Assembly (NCBI GenBank): GCA_016214565.1
Contig: JACROE010000002.1
Coordinates: 212,584 to 276,583 of the forward strand
Length of the DNA stretch: 64,000 bases
Direction: 5' to 3'
DNA from: Candidatus Kerfeldbacteria bacterium
Lineage (GTDB): Bacteria > Patescibacteriota > Patescibacteriia > UBA10025 > JAHIVO01
The notes under the pieces are model-generated. The model had not been told where the DNA came from and did not search any database. It saw only the letters and a list, made by a program, of their open reading frames with translations. Of this stretch, positions 30,901 to 38,030 are shown piece after piece. The translations under genes were made by a program, and so were the position numbers. Within the stretch, counting starts at the first letter, position 1, and every line of letters begins with the position of its first letter.

Positions 30901-31627
30901 ACACCTGCTGGGCAAAATATCCCGCCCACGCACCGACGCCAGTCGCCTGGCCGTAAACGCCCGCTCGCTTAATCGCAGCTGCTCGATCGAGTGCGGCATT
31001 CGAGCTCCCTACCACAGCCGAGCTGGCTAGGCTGTCCGCCCGGATACCAGTGCCCGAGCTTGTATTCAAACCATACACACCGGGGCCAGCAGTACCGATG
31101 CCGCGTACTGCCGCCTGACCATCCTGCTGAGTCGTGCCCAGCGCACCATAATTCAGAGCGCTGCTCGTGACTAAGGCTGACCCAGTCACACCAGCGGACT
31201 GAGTGCCAATCAATAGACCGCCATCCAATTCAAGTAATGTCGCCGGATCATTAAGGCCAATGCCTACCCGATGTGTATTTCCATCTACATATAATGTATC
31301 GGTGTCTACCTGCAGTGTACCGGCGGGAGCTACTTCAAAATTATTAATAAACACGTCGCGCGTTCCACGCACCTCAAGTGGATACATAAACGAAGGTAGT
31401 TCGCCATAAGGATTGTAATACGGATCAAGCAGCAACCATCCGCGTTTTGCCTGACTATCGCGACTCGTGTTGAGCGGTGCATACACGTTTCCGGCTGGCG
31501 GCTGGGCTGACGGCGGATTCCAAACGGCCTTGACCGAAGCAACCCAGAGCAAATAAATTGCAGCGCTAACTACAATCAAGAGAGCCCCAGCAATGAATGG
31601 ATGTATTGTATTGATTCGACGAGTCAT
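27935..31627 (-). CDS. Secreted tail-fibre-like double beta-propeller adhesin with Cys/Asp-rich modules (1230 aa)
   Basis: Same N- and C-terminal motifs as its neighbours; many FDG...W blades; CxDxxDNDGxG repeats. Confidence 0.75.
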   Translation of the reverse strand: MTRRINTIHPFIAGALLIVVSAAIYLLWVASVKAVWNPPSAQPPAGNVYAPLNTSRDSQAKRGWLLLDPYYNPYGELPSFMYPLEVRGTRDVFINNFEVAPAGTLQVDTDTLYVDGNTHRVGIGLNDPATLLELDGGLLIGTQSAGVTGSALVTSSALNYGALGTTQQDGQAAVRGIGTAGPGVYGLNTSSGTGIRADSLASSAVVGSSNAALDRAAAIKRAGVYGQATGVGAWAGYFAQQVYSSQESYARGFMPNRLQNSQFPYTAGQELRDLASSKIVDPSVMLFDGTWIWQLIGESWDNSPYFLLLDPSNGAISEEFILENSSGTQAHGTSEMILGGGYIWVANNWDDALGISRVDPNDPTHTATHYAVGAHASASDDGPTDLIYDPYTIGGPYIWTINDAGLSRDYSISRFRIADQTYTNFKLAPNTGDQCLSYDPKRCSDRLDNDGDGNIDSGICSNASYTTQATCQANGGTWTPGDTECINQTQAPGTSPTGAYPAGDERLVMASVNAIHGITLQPNTTDPSSPTIWVAFDGLDSMTPTLLYRGEGIAKFSAADPTNTALQKVYCPGPASEPHALAWGDGKVWIGKSSHYSKYQGNEGLASFNPTTETFTNYASVTTNLEKVEYDDTSSGGPYVWAHNYYDFFKINTTGTIVHSYEVPDGMADFDFDRESGPVDYVWGSHGVASSISRNMIDAPYTTITYIPKGSFSQDTLYDGTYLWSSNNAGNTISKYRASDGQKVGDYFSGYYPSYLAFDGQSIWVTHGSAGGSNTELAQIRASDGVLIGDYDYTTSSNEDGNDMIFDGQYLWISDDSTNTLKRIDPISCSGSNCTASSFAVANGPKYLAFDGEYIWVTRKTATSAGRNSYSKIDRTTGAILSTYAISTAYNVDDNLYSILFDGTYLWFGARNRDTDGNSVYKVRISDGSVAARIPTMNIPGRCSGGTRANLFCTATSQCTGGGTCSATANNVSALTFDGTHIWAVQERANYTRECEDGIDNDGNGQCDRGCGALPADTKCASVDDAHETDSSDYYGTTTDIECADRVDNDGNGLCDYDGAPGSPGCSGRPDPECSSASDIDESVRENAAYLNRINAGTSQYLDGTQYGYYCNPNSLTFDGSSIWVNQTTNNCDGYNLHQFFSGTGFSHPDLEGLANLQTTIPGRNQAGSIFSSGQASIGRELIVTNDFQVIANVWGGSSDDVRGFSTSCQDGQFAKGFDITTNSLHCRPL

Positions 31628-31630
31628 ATA

Positions 31631-34600
31631 TTATATTCCACGACAATCAATTCTTACTACCCCGCCGGCGGTATTCACCGTCACATTAGTGATATAGTGA
31701 CCATTCGGGCAGGTCTGGGTGCCTGGTGCCAAAACGCCCAAACCCGATCGATACACTTGCCCATTTGCCGCACCGGCGTAGAGATAGCCATTTGCAGTTT
31801 TGAGCAAGGTGTTGATTTGCGGCGTCCCGGACAAGGTGGTGAGCAGCGACCAGCTCGATCCATTATCAGTCGAGCGGAAAATCTTTCCTCCGGCAGTGCC
31901 GGCATACAGATACCCATTCGTTGTCTGCATTAATGCATTGACCATCGTGGTACCAGTCAGCGCGGTCTTCGTCCAATTAACCCCGTTATTGATTGAACGA
32001 AAAACACCGCCCGTGTCTGTCCCAGCATAGAGATATCCATTCGCTGCTCTTGTCATCGACTTGATTGCCTCAGCCGGTGAGAGCGTAGCTAAAAGCGTCC
32101 AATTCAAGCCGGAATCAACCGATTGTAGAATCTGTCCATTATCCACACCAGCCAGAATCGTCCCATTCGGTAAATCAGTAAATGCATAAATGATTCCGTT
32201 TGTGCTTGAGTACACGTCAGACCAAGACGCCCCGTTATCAGTAGAACGAGATATGCGAAATGCTCCCGTGTGAATATTGGTGCTCCGCGCAACGTAAATG
32301 ATGCCGTTGCTCCCCTGAAAGATAGCGTCAAATTTTGCCTGCCCGGCTGACAGCGCACCCCCCGCTTGCCAGGTCGCCCCATTAGTATCCGAATAATACA
32401 TCGTGGTAATCACGCCCTGCCCAGCAAATAGCCGCGTTCCACTGCGAAGCATGACTTGCACCCGATCACCCGGCGGAGTCGCCGCCGGCTGGGTCCAGGT
32501 CGTCCCCTGATTACTTGATAAATGTATCCAGCGCACACTGCCATTAACGCCAGCGACCAACGTATTAGCGGCTGACTCTACCATTGCATTCACCGAAGTT
32601 GCATTAGCGAGCGCTCCCATAGCCGGCCACGTACTATCGTCAAAATTGGTAAGGACATCGCCCGCGCCAACCTTTTGCCAACTGTTGCCCAGAGCATCCA
32701 CATTGCCATCAATTTGCACATCATTCCCCACCCGAGCATCTCCGGTAATGCTATAGCTCCCCCGTTGCCATGTCGGCACCGTCGTAGACTGCAGCGACAA
32801 TGCTTCAGCAAATGACTGGTCGCCATAGCCCGTCCCGGCAAATAATTTAACAACGCCGGCAGAGCCGGAATTTCCAGTACCCGTGGACCACAAATAGGAA
32901 CCATCAAATTCTAAACTCTGTGGCGCGAAGGCAAGCGGAATATCCAAGCGATTGTTCGGATCCGCGGCCTGCAATCGGCTGAGACTCTGACCCGCATAAT
33001 TTGCGGTCCACACATGCGTCCCATCAAAGGCAATCCCTACTGGTTCATTACCAGTCGCGAAAGTCCCGACGGCCTGTGGCAGCGCGAAGCACCCGCCATT
33101 ACCCGCGCAGTCAGTGTCAGTCGAGCAGGTAATTGTCTGATCCAGCGAGCAACGTTTATTATTGGTGAGGTAATATTGAGTGACGGAATTCGTGCCGCGA
33201 TTGGCTACCCAATAATGAACGTTGTCATACACAATATCAACTGGATTTAACCCAACTAATCCGGTCCAGAGCGCTGCTTGGCGTGTGGCAGGATTCATAT
33301 TTACGACCGCATTCTCTGCCGAAGAAACCGCCCAGAGAAAACTGCCGTTGTAAATAATTTTCCCTAACGAATTTGCGGCATTGGAAACATCGGTGCGGCT
33401 CAATTCAGCGCAGGTGTTGCTCAAATTGATAATCTCACCGGTGCCCTGGGCAGATACCCAATAACTTCGGCCATCAAAAGCGATACTGACCGGCTTGGTG
33501 CCACTGGCAAAAACTTTTGAGCAAACGATTGCGCCAGAATACAAATTCACCTTGTAAACGGTATCGGCATCACGCGCGGTCACCCAAAAATAATTACCAT
33601 CATGAAATCCCTCGGTCATACCAGCACCAAGGGTTGCCTGATATGCCACAAATCCGTCGCTGGCTCGGACTTTCCACAATTCTGAACCACGCGACAGCCA
33701 CACGTACGTATTGTCATGATACAAAATCGAAAAACCAATCTTTGAATAATCAAACGTTTGCGCAACCGACCCAGTACTACTCTCGAGTCCAACCACGGTG
33801 CGACCATACCAGCTCGGCACCCACACGCGATTGACTGATGGATCAAATAGTATATCGCGATACGACCGATTGCTGTTTGCGGGGAAATGCGACAAGGCGC
33901 TGGGATTATTTGCCGGGAACCGATCGACATAACCAGCCGGTGCTCCACTCGTGGTCGCTACCCAAATATTTGTACCATCATAGGTGATCGCCTGCGGTCC
34001 AACGGGCCCCGCATACGTCGCAATCCTCGAGGAGACAGTCCCCGAACCAATATTGATGTAATAAGCGCCATCACTGCCAGTACCACTATCATCGGCCGAG
34101 GCCCACATGTAATGACGGTTACCATCATAAACTAAATCAGTTGGTCCCGGCACGCTGAAACGAGTATAATCTGACGCACTGATGGTCGCATCACCCCCGC
34201 CTGGATTGACTGAGTTTATCCGATATACTGCATCATTATTACTAAAAGCGAGCCATAAGCTATTAGTCGTAGTATCAAAAGTAATGGCGCGAGGTCCCTG
34301 TGAATACGGCGCGGTCATCGATTCAGCATGTTCTATATCATAGCGGGCAATCGGCTGCCAGTTCACGCTATCATCTGTATAATCGGAAATTCGGAATTGC
34401 TCGAGCCGATCGTGATAATCTCGTCCAAAACAATCTCCACCGGCATGCAACGCCCATAAAATATCAGAATCGTTTGGATCCTGAACAATAAAACCATACG
34501 GACATGTGCCATGAGCATCCGCATCAAGCACGCTTCTTGATTCCGCAATCCCCGATGCAATGTTGACGCGAGCGATTTTTCCCGAGTACGTATCAGATGC

Positions 34601-35587
34601 CTGCCAAATATATCCATTCGGCTGATCATACATGAGATCTTGAGCTGGACCGAGTGTGTAGCGAGCAGTTACCTCGCCGGTTCCTTTGTCTACACGCAAC
34701 AAATCGTTATGGCCATTTCCCGCCTGACCGATCCAAAGCCATTTCCCATCAGTGGCCATGCGCGCCGGGTACAATTCAGGAAATAATTGCGCAGCAATTT
34801 GACCTTCGGTATAGGGGATCAGCGATTCAGGCTCTGTAGTTCGAAGAATCTTTGCAGCTGAAACAATCTCATTGGACTCGAGCAACCCAGTAAAGTACCC
34901 AGCCCAGCGGTTGCTCAAGTTCAAACTTGTTCCATAGACACCGATACCCGTCGAGCTAAATCCACCTACCGCACTATACAAAGGGGTAACAGCTGTATGC
35001 GCCCCCTCAAGAGCAGCACTCAAGCTTGCTACTGCCCACATACCATAGCCCGACGTGCTGCTCGACACCCCCTGCACTCCGTACGTCGCTCCATACCCAT
35101 AGAGTGCCTCACTATCAGCACTCACCGCGCGAACACCCGCTTCATCCAAGCCAGTCACGCGCATTCGTCCACTCGGGATTTGCAATATTGCCGAGTCTCC
35201 CGACACGCAGCTATTCACACAGACGCGATTATTGAGAGGGTCAACAAACAATGTTTCAGAAGAATCGTTAACTTTCAAGGTATTGTCGATGATACCCTCA
35301 GTAGTACGAGCGCCACTGCCGAGCACCTCTAACTGATAGGCATATGGTGAAGTTTGATCATCTGTTCCGAAACGTAGTGCACCGCTTTTTACCTGATTTG
35401 ACTCGTCAATTCTCAGTAATTCTGGGGTATTGTCTTCAGGCGGCGGAGCACTAGGGTCAGGTAAGGCATCGGCAAATCCGCCATTAATAAAGAAAATACA
35501 GCCAGCAATTACAAAGGAAATAAAAAATAGGCTAAAATTAGCCAATTTATTATACTGACGCTTAGTTTTCTTATTGAAAATACTCAC
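31631..35587 (-). CDS. Secreted tail-fibre-like beta-propeller adhesin with C-terminal BNR/Asp-box propeller (1318 aa)
   Basis: GTG start with SD GGGAGG; signal peptide; YDG/FDG..W blades; Asp-boxes RSTDNGASW, SVDSGLNW, SINNGVNW, STDNGSSW; C-terminal CPNGHY...CRGI. Confidence 0.78.
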   Translation of the reverse strand: MSIFNKKTKRQYNKLANFSLFFISFVIAGCIFFINGGFADALPDPSAPPPEDNTPELLRIDESNQVKSGALRFGTDDQTSPYAYQLEVLGSGARTTEGIIDNTLKVNDSSETLFVDPLNNRVCVNSCVSGDSAILQIPSGRMRVTGLDEAGVRAVSADSEALYGYGATYGVQGVSSSTSGYGMWAVASLSAALEGAHTAVTPLYSAVGGFSSTGIGVYGTSLNLSNRWAGYFTGLLESNEIVSAAKILRTTEPESLIPYTEGQIAAQLFPELYPARMATDGKWLWIGQAGNGHNDLLRVDKGTGEVTARYTLGPAQDLMYDQPNGYIWQASDTYSGKIARVNIASGIAESRSVLDADAHGTCPYGFIVQDPNDSDILWALHAGGDCFGRDYHDRLEQFRISDYTDDSVNWQPIARYDIEHAESMTAPYSQGPRAITFDTTTNSLWLAFSNNDAVYRINSVNPGGGDATISASDYTRFSVPGPTDLVYDGNRHYMWASADDSGTGSDGAYYINIGSGTVSSRIATYAGPVGPQAITYDGTNIWVATTSGAPAGYVDRFPANNPSALSHFPANSNRSYRDILFDPSVNRVWVPSWYGRTVVGLESSTGSVAQTFDYSKIGFSILYHDNTYVWLSRGSELWKVRASDGFVAYQATLGAGMTEGFHDGNYFWVTARDADTVYKVNLYSGAIVCSKVFASGTKPVSIAFDGRSYWVSAQGTGEIINLSNTCAELSRTDVSNAANSLGKIIYNGSFLWAVSSAENAVVNMNPATRQAALWTGLVGLNPVDIVYDNVHYWVANRGTNSVTQYYLTNNKRCSLDQTITCSTDTDCAGNGGCFALPQAVGTFATGNEPVGIAFDGTHVWTANYAGQSLSRLQAADPNNRLDIPLAFAPQSLEFDGSYLWSTGTGNSGSAGVVKLFAGTGYGDQSFAEALSLQSTTVPTWQRGSYSITGDARVGNDVQIDGNVDALGNSWQKVGAGDVLTNFDDSTWPAMGALANATSVNAMVESAANTLVAGVNGSVRWIHLSSNQGTTWTQPAATPPGDRVQVMLRSGTRLFAGQGVITTMYYSDTNGATWQAGGALSAGQAKFDAIFQGSNGIIYVARSTNIHTGAFRISRSTDNGASWSDVYSSTNGIIYAFTDLPNGTILAGVDNGQILQSVDSGLNWTLLATLSPAEAIKSMTRAANGYLYAGTDTGGVFRSINNGVNWTKTALTGTTMVNALMQTTNGYLYAGTAGGKIFRSTDNGSSWSLLTTLSGTPQINTLLKTANGYLYAGAANGQVYRSGLGVLAPGTQTCPNGHYITNVTVNTAGGVVRIDCRGI

Positions 35588-35722
35588 AAATTTCCTCCCG
35601 TATAGGACTTTTGAAGTTTATTTTCTAGTTTTATTTAAAATGCTGCTCAAAAATCAGCAAATTGACATTTTGACCAGTATTTGCAATAATCAGAGATATT
35701 GAGTGCAAATTATTTCTATTTA

Positions 35723-35751
35723 ATAGTAACATAATTTTGCCATTCAGTCAA
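35723..35751 (-). promoter_or_regulatory. Sigma70 promoter heading the adhesin operon
   Basis: TTGACT-17 bp-TACTAT with extended -10 TG. Confidence 0.6.
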
Positions 35752-35772
35752 CTAATGAGGCAAAATAAAAAA

Positions 35773-36288
35773 ATGAAAAACATTACCAATAAAGAAGACC
35801 TCTTTGGCTGGTCCCGTAACGCAGTCTATGGGGCTTTTGTAGCATTTTTGCTCATATTAGGTGTCGCTTCCACCGCATATTTTGTTGGACGCCATAATGT
35901 AAGACAGGCTCAGTCCCCGATCGCAGTTATCGAACTCTCTGATCGGTCACCGCAAGTTATGGGAGCTAAAATTTTTAACCTCAATGGTGTCGTCATCGAA
36001 AACAATTCATCTGACAACGAACTTATTATACAAACGACATACCGCGATAATACCGGAGCGCTTCAACAGAAGCAAATTACGGTCAGCATTGATCCTGATC
36101 TTGAAATTATTCGCTGGGATGTCACTGATACTGCTGGACAAACAGAAAGTGCACAACGCGTTCGTATAACATTGAATGATATTCAAGCGGGAAGCCAGGT
36201 AACCATTCAAACAGAAGACGACATCCAAACTAATACCCAGGTAAATGCTCAGGCCATAACTGAGATGATTACCCCATTTACTAATTAA
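35773..36288 (+). CDS. Hypothetical single-TM protein with a beta-rich (OB-fold-like) extracytoplasmic domain
   Basis: ORF with one TM helix and ITLNDIQAGSQVTI; ATG 35773 (or 35755) is preferred over TTG 35737. Confidence 0.65.
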   Translation: MKNITNKEDLFGWSRNAVYGAFVAFLLILGVASTAYFVGRHNVRQAQSPIAVIELSDRSPQVMGAKIFNLNGVVIENNSSDNELIIQTTYRDNTGALQQKQITVSIDPDLEIIRWDVTDTAGQTESAQRVRITLNDIQAGSQVTIQTEDDIQTNTQVNAQAITEMITPFTN

Positions 36289-36315
36289 TTTTTTAATAAC
36301 TAACGTATATATCCT

Positions 36316-36873
36316 ATGCCTCTTTTTCTCTGGATCATAGTCGGTATCATCGCCGTAGCCATACTTTGGCTGATTGGCGTGTACAACGGTTTAATTCGAC
36401 TCCGTAACCAAACAGGTGAAGCCTGGTCAGACATCGATGTACAGCTCAAGCGACGTTATGACCTCATTCCGAATTTAGTTGAGACCGTCAAAGGATACGC
36501 CAAGCATGAACGTGAACTTTTTGAAAAAGTGACTCAGGCGCGTTCGCAAGCAATGAGCGCTACCGGCATTGCTCAAAAAGGCCAAGCGGAAAACATGTTA
36601 TCGGAAACTTTGAAGAGTTTATTTGCCGTTTCTGAAAATTATCCTGATCTGAAGGCAAATCAAAACTTTTTGAAATTACAAGATGAATTGTCCGACACGG
36701 AAAATAAGATTCAAGCATCTCGCCGATTTTACAACGGCAATGTACGTGACTTCAACACGAAGCTGCAAGTTTTCCCCAATAACATGGTAGCCAGCACGAT
36801 GGGATTTAAGCCGTATGAATTTTTTGAGGTAGAGGAAGCGGCGGAGCGAGAACCAGTCAAAGTTCAATTTTAA
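36316..36873 (+). CDS. lemA: LemA family protein
   Basis: YNGLIRLRN..EAWSDIDVQLKRRYDLIPNLVETVKGY, ENYPDLKANQNF, ENKIQASRRFYN. Confidence 0.96.
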   Translation: MPLFLWIIVGIIAVAILWLIGVYNGLIRLRNQTGEAWSDIDVQLKRRYDLIPNLVETVKGYAKHERELFEKVTQARSQAMSATGIAQKGQAENMLSETLKSLFAVSENYPDLKANQNFLKLQDELSDTENKIQASRRFYNGNVRDFNTKLQVFPNNMVASTMGFKPYEFFEVEEAAEREPVKVQF

Positions 36874-36890
36874 GCAGTCAACTCAGTAAT

Positions 36891-36922
36891 AATCGCGCGG
36901 CTTACCAGTAAGACGCGCGATT
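36891..36922 (+). other. Strong intergenic hairpin between lemA and htpX
   Basis: AATCGCGCG-G-CTTAC-CA-GTAAG-A-CGCGCGATT; only a short U tail, so a processing/stability stem or weak terminator. Confidence 0.55.
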
Positions 36923-36928
36923 TCAACT

Positions 36929-37822
36929 ATGCCTACTATCTACACTCATATTGCAGCCAATAAACGTCGATCGTGGATATTGATGGGACTGTGCATCATG
37001 ATTTTATTTGGCATTGGCTACCTGATCGACCAGGTGTACGGAAATGGTTCATGGGGCTGGTCGTTTGTAGCCGTCATCTACGCGACCATCAGCGCTTTGA
37101 TCGGCTATTACCGAGGTGATAAAATTGCCCTCTGGACTTCGGGGGCCATCCCAATCACTAAAGAACAAAACCCCTACGTCATTCGCATGATTGAAAATCT
37201 CGCGATTACCGCGGGCTTGCCAATGCCTAAAGTTTTTATCATTCCTGATGATGATATTAATGCCTTTGCCACTGGACGAGACCCACGGCACGCCTCAATC
37301 GCAGTCACCAAGGGAGCGATTGAAAAATTAGAAAATGAAGAGCTGGAAGGTGTGCTGGCACATGAGCTTTCCCATATCGGAAACTACGACATTCGCTATA
37401 TGACACTGGTTATTGTTGTGGTTGGAACTATCATTGTACTCTCTGACATGTTCTGGCGAACCCGTTTTATAGGCCGCTCAAATAACCGCAACAACGGCGG
37501 CGGCCTTATCCTATTGATCGGTCTCGTCATGCTGATACTCGCGCCGCTGTTTGCCGAGCTGATAAAACTTGCCGTCTCGCGCAAACGTGAATACCTAGCT
37601 GACGCATCAGGCGCGCTACTGACTCGCTACCCCGAGGGCTTAGCCCGCGCTCTTGAAAAAATTAATGCACAGGGTGCACGAATTGAACGCGCCACTAAGT
37701 CGACTGCTCATCTCTATATTGCTAACCCCTTGGGTGGCGGCTTCTCAAAATTATTCTCCACGCATCCGCCCATTGAGGATCGCGTTCAGCGCCTCCGTCA
37801 AATGGGATCCATAACCCAATAA
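36929..37822 (+). CDS. htpX: Zinc metalloprotease HtpX (M48)
   Basis: INAFATG, LAHELSHI (HExxH), SRKREYLADA, LARALEKI, FSTHPPIEDRV. Confidence 0.95.
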   Translation: MPTIYTHIAANKRRSWILMGLCIMILFGIGYLIDQVYGNGSWGWSFVAVIYATISALIGYYRGDKIALWTSGAIPITKEQNPYVIRMIENLAITAGLPMPKVFIIPDDDINAFATGRDPRHASIAVTKGAIEKLENEELEGVLAHELSHIGNYDIRYMTLVIVVVGTIIVLSDMFWRTRFIGRSNNRNNGGGLILLIGLVMLILAPLFAELIKLAVSRKREYLADASGALLTRYPEGLARALEKINAQGARIERATKSTAHLYIANPLGGGFSKLFSTHPPIEDRVQRLRQMGSITQ

Positions 37823-37826
37823 TCCT

Positions 37827-37961
37827 ATGCCACGAAAAGAAATAGACACTACGGTCGCTACAAAAACTAGTCTGGCAACAAAAATATCACTGGGCATCCT
37901 CATTACCAGCGGGGTTGTCGCGATTATCGCAATTGTGACCGGTCTCGTGATGAGTAATTAG
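37827..37961 (+). CDS. Small (44 aa) single-TM protein
   Basis: MPRKEIDTTVATKTSLATKISLGILITSGVVAIIAIVTGLVMSN; starts 4 bp after the htpX stop; below the ORF-track cut-off. Confidence 0.55.
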   Translation: MPRKEIDTTVATKTSLATKISLGILITSGVVAIIAIVTGLVMSN

Positions 37962-38030
37962 TTCACAGACGCACACAATCAGCAAATCACTTGCGTATAT
38001 ACTAGTGGATCCGTATACTAGACAAGCGCT

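Noticed and set aside
12293-35587. Diversity-generating retroelement, shufflon or RHS toxin
   Set aside because: No reverse transcriptase, invertase, near-identical TR/VR pair or YD-repeat core was seen by eye. A dot-plot would be needed to exclude short repeats.
25551-35587. Prophage tail module
   Set aside because: The fibre-like proteins have signal peptides, and no capsid, terminase or baseplate genes are nearby.
35662-35690. Plus-strand promoter TTGACA-17-AATAAT facing the adhesin promoter
   Set aside because: The -10 lacks the conserved first T, so the evidence for convergent promoters is too weak to list.
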